Position numbers and translations under genes: made by a program
Shown: piece after piece, positions 33,689 to 45,600 of the stretch
How the letters are laid out: every line of letters begins with the position of its first letter
How positions within the stretch are numbered: the first letter of the stretch is position 1
The notes under the pieces: model-generated
The model's input: the letters and a program-made list of their open reading frames with translations, nothing else
What the model was told of the DNA's origin: nothing
The model's database searches: none
Assembly (NCBI RefSeq): GCF_000315625.1
Contig: NW_005434638.1
Location: 189,300-253,299, forward strand
Length of the DNA stretch: 64,000 nt
Origin: Guillardia theta CCMP2712
Taxonomy: Eukaryota > Protista > Cryptophyta
Reading direction: 5' to 3'

Positions 33689-36600
33689 TTACCGAATATC
33701 TCTTGTGTAGATCGAAACTTCTTGAATCAAGACCCCTAGACCTGTGATGACTTGTCAGAAGGAGAACGACAAGCACACAAAACTCTCACCGATGAGGTTG
33801 TCGCAAACACCAGTGGTGTAACATCGCTGAAAAGAGCTTTTCACAATCTGCAGAAGGAGATTGAGAGCAACTCACCTCTGTCGTAGAAGCGGAAACAAAG
33901 GTGTTTCCATCCTCGAAATGTCCGAAGCAGAGATTTCCTCCTTTTCCAGTAAAGAGCCTGATAGCAAACATTACGCCACCTTCACTACCTGGTTACAAAC
34001 AGTACCGCTCACAGTCGTCTGCAGTCCCAGGATCCCCTGAAGGAAAGTTGAAAGCGTTGGTGTCGATGTAATCTGAGAGGAGAAGTCAATGAACTTGTGT
34101 ACAGACTCGAGCGTCACCGTAGGACTTCAAATAGCTCCAGGTGGATGCGCAAGAAGCGTAATCAGCTTGATAGCATGCCGCAATCCCTTGCTGCGTGCCT
34201 GTCGCGATTCCCTGCGAAATCTTTCAGCACAGCAAACTTGAGCTCCAACTCCTCCCACCTGTCCAGGAAGTGTATCCTGGTACTCAGTGGTAGATCGCAA
34301 GTATAGTCTATAATCGACGGGGATGTTTGTGTTGGCAAGGTAGTTGCCGAAGATGAGATATTCTTTCATGCGACTGTAAATCCAGTAAGTTGCTCCCTGG
34401 GAAGCTGAAGTGAAAGCTGGGGAGCAGGTGAGCTGGACGAGCCCGCTGGTCGTCAGGGTACAGGCTGTGATGATAGAAATCTCCTGACCGACTTGTAGGG
34501 AGAAACCTGTGTAGTAGCCACTGACCTTGACGAGCTCGAGAGCATCGAGGAGGTCCGTGAGAACAACAACTGATTGACTTACAAGGGTTCCGATCGTCCC
34601 TGTGTTGACGATCGCTCTCTTCCCTCCTATCAGATTGATGTTGGCGTCTGACAGCTTCCCATCTTGCACGTCGGTTGTCGCAATGGACCCGAAAGCATCG
34701 GTGGTTGCAGTGTATGCTTGCGTGGAATACTGCACGATCTTGGTCCAGCCGCCGGAATCTTGACTATTGAAACAGAGAACTTGAAACGCATTGCTTGTAT
34801 TTGCGTCCCCATCAGGATCAATCCAAAAGATTGCATCTAAACTTGTAGTGAAAGCAACCTGAATCGCCTTGCACCAGAGCCCGGCTGAGGTTTGTGTGCT
34901 CCCGTCGTTTGTGAATGAGAACGCTGCAGGCAGTGAGTTGCTCTGATTGGCAACAGTGAGGGAGACAGAAACTTCAAGGGCGTTGCACTGAGAACAGCTC
35001 GTCAAAGAGTTCGCCCTGTAGGTGTTTGGAGGAAGGCTACAAGTGACTGAGTTGGATGTGACGTAAGTGGTGGCGGCACATGGAATCGAGTTGACTGTTG
35101 CTTCGATGTCTGCTCCTGATCCAAAGTTTGTCCCGTAGATCGTGAGCACCGTCCCTCCAGCGCTCGGCCCGTACTTGGGCATCGTAGCTGTGATGACTGT
35201 AAAAACAAATGTCAGGATGTGAAGAAAAATCATCATTCCAATGAACCTGGAGCTGAGTATGAGAATTTACACTCTGACAACCCACACGATGAGTAGACTC
35301 CGGTCTGACTCTCCACCTGCACGACGACCTGCAGCTGCTTGCCGGCACCGGCCGGGGTTGTCACTTTCATGACGATATGCGATATGTATGTAACGGTAGG
35401 ACAGTTGGTCGATCCGATCGTGACAGTCCTCACCGCCGATGACAAACCAAAGTTGCGACCATAGATCGTGACGTCGGTCCCGCCGCTGGTAGGAGCGGCG
35501 GAGTAGACGATAGAAGTGACAGCAGGTGGGTCATAGCTGAAGGATGTTGCCAATGTCATGGTACGTGAAGCGATGTTGATCGAGACGGAGAGGTCCTTCC
35601 CTTGCCCGTCGGGAGGCACCGCAAGCACCTGAGAGTCGGACGTCCATCGTTGCTGAACAGCTTTGGTGCTCCCGAATCGAATGGAGGCCGACGGGTCGGT
35701 GGACCCGAAGTTGACACCTCTTAGAGTGATGCTTCCAGCTGTCGAGCCCGTGGTTGGCGCCCGTGCTGGGTTGAGAGATGTGAGGTACTGCAGATCGTAA
35801 GTGAAGTAGGTGTTGGCCACATTGTACTGTCCTTGAATCGACAGGTAAACACTCTTATCACCGCCTATGTTGAGCGGAGACTTACAAATCAGCGACGAGT
35901 CAGAAGTCCAGGAAGTTGACAGGCAGTTGTAAGTATCGATCTTTGCCTTCCCCGTGGAATCATAGATGCCGAAATGACTGCCGAAGATGGTGATGGACTT
36001 GGAGGTGGCAGCGGGTGCATTGCGAGGAGTCGCGTCTGTGATGACGGGGGCGTAGTAAGAGAAGAGGTTCTTGGTTACCCCCCTCAGGTTCAAGACTTGA
36101 ACGGCGACGGTCAGAGAAGCTCCCAGGCCTGGAAGAGACTTGCAGCCGAGACTCGAATCAGACGTGTAGGATGTGGAGATGCAGTTGCTATCTCCGATGG
36201 TAACCACCTGGCTTGCTTCTTCCAGACCAAAGTTGGCTCCATAAACAGTGACATTGGTGGGAATGGTTGTTGAGCCATAGTTAGGTACCATCTGAGTAGC
36301 AGCAGGTGAATCGTAAGTGAAGGTTCTTGACTGTGCAGAGGCTTGTTGCGCTACTGTGATGCCAACTGGCTTGTCCGAGCCCGTTCCCGCCGGGATTGCG
36401 CATGAAACCTTCACGTGCTCCAAGACTGAAACGACGTTGGTGCAGATTTTTTGCGCTATCGTCACGTTTGTCACGGTCACAGCGTTTGCTGGACCGAAGT
36501 TCAGTCCTGTCAAGGTTATCGTTGTGCCTCCTTTTGTGGGAGCATTCCAAGGACTCAACGAGTTCAATACTGGAGCATCATAGTTGACGTAAGTCGACGA

Positions 36601-39600
36601 CGCCCCATCCTCCCCAGCAAACACGCCTTGGATGTAGTTCTGCAGGCCGACGCCTGCAGGCAACACCAAGTTGAGTGACGTGGCAGAGAGAACGGTGACA
36701 GTTGGTGCCGTCGTGCTGCCGATGGTTAGAACGGCTGGTTGAACTAGATTCTTGCCCAGCAGAGTAATGGTAGTGGACCCTGAAGTCGGCCCATTGCTGG
36801 TCGTTGGCGACGTGAGAGAAGGAATATCGTAGGACCAGACTTGAGTCAGCGAGCCTGATATGCTAGATGTACCAGGTATCGTCACTTTCACTGTCAACTT
36901 CGTGTTCTTCCCTGCCTTGGTCTGACTTCTCATGGAAGAATCCGACGTCCAGATGTTCACTGCTCCTGTAGTGGAGCCAACGGCTGCAACTGGACTGAAG
37001 TCGAGGGGACCAAAGTAGCGGCCGAGGATGGTGATGTATGTGCCGCCTACAACCGGGCCATTGAGGGGATAGACGGAGGATATCACGGGAGTAAAGTATG
37101 CAAAGGACACAGCGTCAGACGAGGTTTGCCCTGCTACTTGAACGTAGACCTGCTGTGAACCCGCACCCACCGGTGTCTCACAAGTTACACTTGTGTCTGA
37201 GAAGAAGTAGGACGATTTGCAGACTAACGTCCCGATCTTGTTCTGCAGCGAATATTCTTGAGTCCCAAAATTAGAGCCCGTTATGGTGGTGTTGGTTCCT
37301 CCAAAAGTGTCTCCAGAGCTCGGGGATATACTCACTACCTTCGGGGCCTTGTAAGAGAAAGAGTTCGGTCTACTCCCCGACTGTCCACGGTTTACAACTT
37401 TCACAGTGAGGGCATAGCCGGCGCCCTCAGCAACAGAACATTCTATGGACGAGTCTGACAGCCAGTTGACTGAACGACAACTGGTCTGTCCTATCGTGAC
37501 GTCTGGTGTGGGGTCGATTACCCCGAAGTTGTTCCCTTGAATCGTGATCGTGTCATTCCCCACTGTCCTGCCGTAATTGAGAAATACTGAGAGGACTACC
37601 GGGGCCTTGTATGAGAATTGGCCGATCCCGATGCCGTACTGCTCGTCTATGCCGACAGTGACGTTGAGATTGGTGCCAGAGCCCGGAGGGACTACACACA
37701 GTAAAGTTGTGTGCGGGTCACTGCCAGCATAGACTGAGGTACATTCACCCGGATATTTGGACGAGTCCTCTATAGAGACCGTGACTGGTCCACCGAGAGG
37801 AGGGAGCCCGGGTCCGAAGTCCGACCCAGTGATTGTGATAGTGCTTCCACCAGCACTGTCCCCGTAGTTGCGAAGTACAGTCGAGACTTTGGGAGCATCG
37901 TAGCTGAATAAGGGCTCGTAGGCATTCACGTCCGTTTCCTGGAGCGCTACAGTGATAGATAGAGATTTGTCTTTGCCGGCACCAGGTGGAACCCGTAAAA
38001 GCAGTTCAGAGTACGTCGGAATCCCTAAGACAGTGCCAACGTAATCGTTGACAAGTGTGTAATTGGGGTTGGAGTGGCCTGAGAGAATGCTGGCCGCAAC
38101 TCTGGTATCGAATCCGTCTCCCAGATTTTGTCCATGAACGGTGATGTTGATACCGCCTGTTGTTGCTGAATTTTGTCTGGAGATTGAACTAACTGAAGGT
38201 ATGTCGTATGAAAAGATTGACGAGATTGTTGCAACTTGATTCAAGATGGTGACGACCATGCTTTGCAGGCTTCCGACTCCACGGGAAATGTACAGGGAAA
38301 GTGAAGAGTCGGATATGTACGAGGACTGTGAGGATTTGGAGGAGCCCAGCTCAGACGCAGTCGATATGTTTGCGCTAGCATGATCAAAGGTGCTGAATCC
38401 GCTCCCGAATATTGTGAATGAAAGATTTCCCGTGGTTGGATAATTTCCTCTCGATATGGACGACAGCGAAGGTGCGTCGTACGACAGGAAACCTAAACCA
38501 ACTCCTTGTTGACCGGAGACATAAACTCTGATCGTAGTGTCCTTTCCTACTCCCTCAGGTGATTGGCAAGTCAGCTGGGTATCAGACACAAACGTCGTCT
38601 GGTAGCATTCCCTGCCATTGATGGTGACGAGTTGATCTTGAGCTGAATTTCCGAATTCTCCACCGAAGATGGTGACGTTGACGTGACCAGTAGTGGGAAT
38701 GTTGTGAGGAAAGGTACCTTGGATTGACGGGATGTTGAAGGTGAAAGCTGAGCTCAAAGTTCCCACCTGAACTCCTGACGTCATGACGACGTCTTTACCT
38801 GTCAGACACAAGTTAGGGCACCATGGAAAGGATGCGCATGCAATGACCTGTTCCCGATCCTCCGGGGATCTTGCAAGAGATACTTAGCAGGTCAATCCAT
38901 CTTGAAGCAAAGCAGTCGGTTCCCCCTACTCGCATTGTTTGTGAGTAGTCATGGTTTCCAAAGCTTGTCCCAAAGAGCGTCATCGACGTGCTTCCCAGTG
39001 CAGGAGCATTCACAATAGTCAAAGAAGAGAGGAGAGGATGAGTGTACGTAAAGGACAAGGTCAGATCTGAAACTCTCTCTTCAATTGTCAATTTGACATT
39101 CAGACTTTGAGATATTCCGCTTGAAACTTTGCCAAGGACAGATGAGTCGCTTTCCCAACGTGTAAGCTCGCACACAGTGTATTCAATCGCCGCTGATAGG
39201 GACACAGCGTAAGCAACAAACTTTGATCCGAATATGGTAAGATAGTCTCTACCCTCAGCCTTGATGGTTCGATTTTGAATCAAATTCAAGGTAGAAGCGT
39301 CGTATGAGATCAATTCAGATGTTGTGGTAGCAGATTGACTTGTTGTCAAGGATATGGCCTTATTCGATCCGCTTCCTGCACTAGCTTGACACAGCACGGA
39401 AGTAACGGAGACCCAAGAAGAAAGCTCTGCCTGAGTTCCCGAGATTCGAACCTTCAGACTGACGTGAGATTTCCCTCCATCAAGGTAGATGGTAAGAGTT
39501 TTATTCGACGACCCCAAACTGCTCCAGGTATTTCCAGGAGACACTTCACTGATGACTGGAGGCTCAAATGATAACACGCTCGTCAGGGTTGCCACCCCCG

Positions 39601-42600
39601 ACGCTGAAACGATGACTCTTTGACTCTGTCCAGCTCCCAGTACGGCTCTACAGAACAAGGAGGAATCAGATTCCCACAAGGTCTCCTCGCAAGAAGTGCT
39701 GCCAGCACGCATGCCGGCGGAGACATGGTTTGATTCAACAGTGGTCACAGCCTGTAAAGCTTGATAAGTATTGTTCCACAGGATCTGTACGAGAGCAGTT
39801 GCGTCAAACGAGAACACGTTGGTCAAGCTCCCTACGACAGTTGCTGTCGTAACGAGGAACGGAAGCGATGACCTTTCTCCACTGCTCACCTTGACTTGGA
39901 TAGAATATGTGGAAAGCCATTGTGTCGCTTCAGCGGGAGTGTACGCAATTGTAAACGCAAGTGTGTATGCATGAAGGTCCGTCGTAGTCAATACAACCGC
40001 AATATTTGTTTTTCCAAGATTCGGCTGAGTTTGATTCACAAACAACAAGGTCCGCAGATCGTCATGAGTCAAAGCTTGCGTCATTGTGTCGAAAGCGTTT
40101 TGGATGCTCAAAACAAGGAGCGAGCTTCTTGCAACTGTAACAGATGGAGTGCATACAATGCTTGTGTATGATTTCCATATTGTGCTTTCTGAGACAGAAA
40201 ATCCTACACGGAGGGAGGAAGTAGGATTATACCTGATCATGTCACTTCCAGACACTGTTAGCACGGCGGATGTCAAAGAGTCTTGCCTGATGTTACTTGT
40301 CGAGACAGAGGAAAGCCTTGCTGTATCGTAAGTCAAAGGCAATTGTGCTGTGGTCCGAATTCCGACCAAAGTCAATCCTATTGTAGCATCCACTGACTCC
40401 CCGGAGCCCGATGGTACTCCGCATATGATCGCCGACTCTGACATCCAGTCCGTCGATTCGCATCCTGTGTACCCCAGCCTCGCCCGCCCGCTCCAGTCTG
40501 CCAGCCCTACGTCCAACCCCACCAGAAAGCTCAGCCCCGACCCGAGCAGCTCTCCGTACACATACGTCGCTACAGAGCCGCTCGTTGGGTAGTTCGAGAT
40601 GTTGATCCCAGTCACCACCGGCTCGAAGTAGGTGTAGGTGCGGCTAAGACTGCCCTCTCTGTTGGACATCGTCACGACCACGCCTGACGAGCTCCGGAAG
40701 GAGAGGCCGTTCTCATTGCCAGCCACCTTGCATGATAGGCTGCTCTCCGAGCTCCACGCGCTGGACTCGCAAGGGAGTCCGCCAAGCCGGGCGCTCACGG
40801 AGGTATCGAGGACCCCGACGTTGGACCCGTAGATAGTCAGGAGGTTACAACTGGTACATCCTGTGAGTTTACTGACGTCTCGAACTGAAACGACATCATA
40901 AGTGAGAACTGATAGTAAGGTTCCCTTTCGCAGTCCTACTGTTACTGAAGCATCCACTGACTCCCCGGAGCCCGATGGTACTCCGCATATGATCGCCGTC
41001 TCTGACATCCAGTCCGTCGATTCGCATCCTGTGTACCCCAGCCTCGCCCGTCCGCTCCAGTCTGCCAGCCCTACGTCCAACCCCACCAGAAAGCTCAGCC
41101 CCGACCCGAGCAGCTCTCCGTACACATACGTCGCTACAGAGCCGCTCGTTGGGTAGTTCGAGACGTTGATCCCAGTCACCACCGGCTCGAAGTAGGTGTA
41201 GGTGCGGCTAAGACTGCCCTCTCTGTTGGACATCGTCACGACCACGCCTGACGAGCTCCGGAAGGAGAGGCCGTTCTCATTGCCAGCCACCTTGCATGAT
41301 AGGCTGCTCTCCGAGCTCCACGCGCTGGACTCGCAAGGGAGTCCGCCAAGCCGGGCGCTCACGGAGGTATCGAGGACCCCGACGTTGGACCCGTAGATAG
41401 TCAGGAGGTTACAACTGGTACATCCTGTGAGTTGCGAGATTGACGATACTTGAACTTTATCAAAAGTGAAGACTTGTGACAGGGTCCCCTCGGATAAACC
41501 TGATTGCGTGACAACGACTTTGCCTTGAGCTGGTCCTGTACGCCAGCCTGAAGAAAGAGCAATGGATATCTCAGTGTCAGCTAACCATTGAGTGGCTTCA
41601 GCAGAGGTCTGAAAGAATCTGAATTGAATGGACGTGTCAGATCGCGCAAAATTTTGACCTTCAATAAACAAAGTTCCGACTGATTGGAAGTAGCCCAAAT
41701 TAGTGGAAGGCACTTGGCAACTACAATTTGCAGTGCAATTGTTGTCGCAATTTTGTGTCAAAGAATTGATGATTGCAGAATCGAATGAAATGATCTCAGA
41801 GGTGGTTGCTGGCAAAACAACGGATGTTAATACAACCGCCCAAGAAGTTCCAGATCCGGCAACAGATCTGAGCTTCATCCCTGTCTCAGAAAACCACTCA
41901 GAGGATTCTGCTTGCGAGCCACCCAAAGAGGCTGATAAAGAGAAGGAAGCTTTCGCAAAGTTAGTACCGATCACAGTGACAGAAGTATCGGTGGGGTAGT
42001 GCAAGTTGTGAGGACGAGTACTCAACACCGAAGGGTCATCAAATGTCAACGACGTGAGGACGGTGTAAACAGTTTGAGCTATTGTAACTCTCGCGTAGAG
42101 GTCTTGCTCGATGCCGTCGCTGACCTTGCAGAAGATGATTGAATCGGAGATCCAGGCAGACAGCTCGCATACTGTGTATCCGATACTTGACATTGGAGAA
42201 GTATCATACACCTTGAGGTTTGCACCTCTAATCTGTGCTATGATGGAACCAGTTGTAGGATAATTCTTCGGGTTGACATCCAACAAAATTAGGTCATCAT
42301 ATGAGAATGACAGTGACAAGGTTGATACACGTATGCCCTGAGTCACAATCATGGCCTGATCAAAACTCGTTCCTGGTGGCGCATAGCAAAGGACGGCAGT
42401 GTCAGACAACCACTTGGTTCCTTCGCAACTAGTTCCTCCTATTCTTGTTTCTGGCGTTTGATCTTGATTACCGTAGTTGGACCCCGGCACACTGACAACA
42501 TAGCCCCCAGAAGAACCTCCATTCGGTGGGAAGAGACTAGAAATGCTCTGAACATCATAGCTGAAGCTCTCTGTGACTGTTGCGACGTCTGAAGCATTTC

Positions 42601-45600
42601 TACTCGCGTCCATACCAGCCGAGACTATCACGCGATGCTGGAAGGAGGAGCCGGATGAACTTCGGATCCAAAGAGCAACATCAGACTGCCACATGGTGGC
42701 CTCAGGACAAGTCTCCAGGGCAGTTGCCACCGTGAAATCTCGTAACCCAAACCCAGCTCCCATTATGTAGAGAACAATCGAAGAGGTGGCGGGAAAGTTG
42801 GAGACGGTCACATGGCTTGCTGTTGGTGCATCGTAAGACAAAGAAAACGCTCTTGTGCTCTTCGTCGTAGCAAGTGAAACTGTCAAGTCGAGTCCAGCAG
42901 ACAGTCCGTGTGGGACAGTAGCAGTCATTGAAGTGTCCGACAACCATCTTGTCTCCTCCGCTGCGCTGCCTCCGACTCTAGCCTTCATTGTGAAGTCAGA
43001 AATCCCAATGTCAATGCCAAGGAAGAAAGCGAACCCGCGCCCAAAGAGACTGCCAGTCACAGAGATGATCGTAGAGCCAGTCGTGGGAGCATTTTGAGGT
43101 GTCACGGTGCTGACAGGAACGTTCATGTACTGGAGAACTGAAGACATAGAGCCTACTAGGGATGACACTGTCAGAACAGATGCCGAGCCTGCTGCACCCA
43201 CATATTTGCTAGAGTTCAGATCGATTTTGCCGTGGACTTCCGTTGTTGATACCCAGATGGTGTAATCTAGGTGCATGCCCGAAAGCTTCCCGACGGGTGT
43301 TGTGTCGACGCTTCCGAAGTTGAGCCCCGCCAAGGTCAACTGCCCGCACAGGACGCATTCAGTTCCGAAGATAATACAGCTGACTGAAGGGGCATCGAAA
43401 GTCAGAGACTCTGTGAGAGAAGCTTGTACGCTCTGCGATGTCACCACTAGCACCCTGGTGGATTGCAAACCCGTGCCGAATTTGCCCAGCACTGCAGTGT
43501 CAGATATCCACGAGGATACTTCACAGGAGCTTCCTCCTACTCTTGCAGTTGAGCTCAAGTCCGCGAGAAAGAAGTTGGATCCCGAGGTTGTGAAGTGCAA
43601 GTCCTGGAGGTCATCAAGTTTGGGGGCATTTGAGGAGGCTACGGAGGAGAAAGTTTGATAGTCGTACGTCAAGAACGAAGTCAGAGTCTCACAGCATGTT
43701 GAAGAATGCAAGAGCGTTATAGAGACATCCAGTTCTTGACCCCATCCACTGGAAGATTGACACTGAAGAGACGTATCACTGAACCAAATGCTTGCTTCAC
43801 ATACCGTGAAGCCAACTGCCACCCTCAAGCAGTAATCATATATCCCAAAGTTCAATCCCGTGATATCAATAGATACAGACCCAGTCGAAGCGAGATTTCT
43901 GACGTTGCCTATCTGAAAGGAAAGAAGATCGTAAGAGAAAACGTTCGAGAGCGTCGACGCTGCTTGTAGATTTGTGATCACAATCGATCTGCTTCCTTGT
44001 GCAAAGAGAATATCCCCAGCAGGAACATTGCAAAAGATGCTAGTTTGTGAGCTCCATTCTGTCGATAGGCATTCAGCTTTAGCGTCAGCAATTTGCAGGT
44101 CAGCCCGGGGCGAGAAGCTGTTGGAGCCGAAGTGAGAGCCAGATACCTCGATGACAACGCTGCTGACAAGGGGAGCATTCCCTGCAGAGGAGCTGATCTC
44201 TCCAGCGTCAAAGGTGAAAGCTTCCGACAAGCTCGAGACAAACGTCCCCTGAGTGATAAGCGCCTTCTGAGACCCCGACGTTCCAGAGATTGACATCACC
44301 ACCAAGGAAGTCTCCGAGACCCATTCCGTACTTTCACATGCTGTCATGCCCAGTCTTGACGACTGGCTGGGATCGTCACGAGTTGTCAAGGCGCCGGTGA
44401 TGAGGATCAAGTTGTGACCTGTGGACGGGACATTCTGATAGTTCAATTCTGTAATACTCAACCCATCAAAACTCACCGAGCTGGACAAAGTTCCTTCGAA
44501 CTGAAGGGCGACAGTTGCCCTGACTGCGAGCGATCGAACGTTGTCTATGATTGCTTTGGAGACAACTGTAGAATCGGAACCCCACTGGGTGGCCTCGCAG
44601 GAAGAGCCTCCCACACGCCCTTTCATGGAATAGTCTGCTGTTGCGAAGTTGGAACCTAACAAGGAAATCTCAAGTATCCAAGAGCCATAATTAGCAGCAG
44701 ATACAGTTGAAGATTGTGGAGGATAATATGAAAAATAGTTGGCTAAAGGTTGGTCATATCCGAGGATCGTCAGTTGTACCTCCAAGTTCTTGCCCACCCC
44801 TGGAGGCAACAAAGCAAGAGCGCTTGTGTCCGAGACATAGAGAGTGGCTTCCGACGCCGAGTATCCAAAGTGCGAATCTGCTGGTCGTTCGATGATGTCG
44901 AAATTTGCGCCAACTATAGTCAAGTTGACACCTCCAGTGGTCGGGCCTGCATCAGGAGTGACGAATTCTGTCTTAGGAGCATCGTAGCAGAACGTGAAGG
45001 TTGGCCAGCAGTAACTATCCACACACGATGAGCAAGTTCCGTCGTAGCAATCCGAATCTGCTGAGCAGGAGACATTGCTGTTGTCCGAACAGACCAAGCC
45101 AGGGCCTGTGATAGTGCAGGGTGATCCGATTGCCAAGCAAGAACCGTTTCCATTCAGGTTGCAATTATCATCCGTGAAGCAAGGCAAACCATCATTCAAC
45201 CCACCGAAACATGTGGAACATTTGCGATTGACCTTTGAATACTGCTGCCCGACCTCAACATCAAGTGCATGGCCGGCACCAATACCTCTTGGACTCAGGC
45301 AAACCAGACTTGTCTCTGACGAATAAAGGACAGTAGAACAACTGCTATCTCCTATTCTTGCAGTAACTGTGTAGTCCGCAGAACCAAATCCCGTTCCAAT
45401 GATCGTCACATGCTGCAAACCAAGAATTGGACCGTTCTGCGGAAAGAAGGACTGCATTGTCGGTTCATCATAACTCAACGAATACGTAACGGTTGATTGT
45501 GATTGAACAATAGACACCAAAGCTTCCTGACTTTTTCTAATTCCACTTCCCGGCTTGACCTCGATAGCAGTGTCTGAGATCCAATCAGTAAACTCCGACA

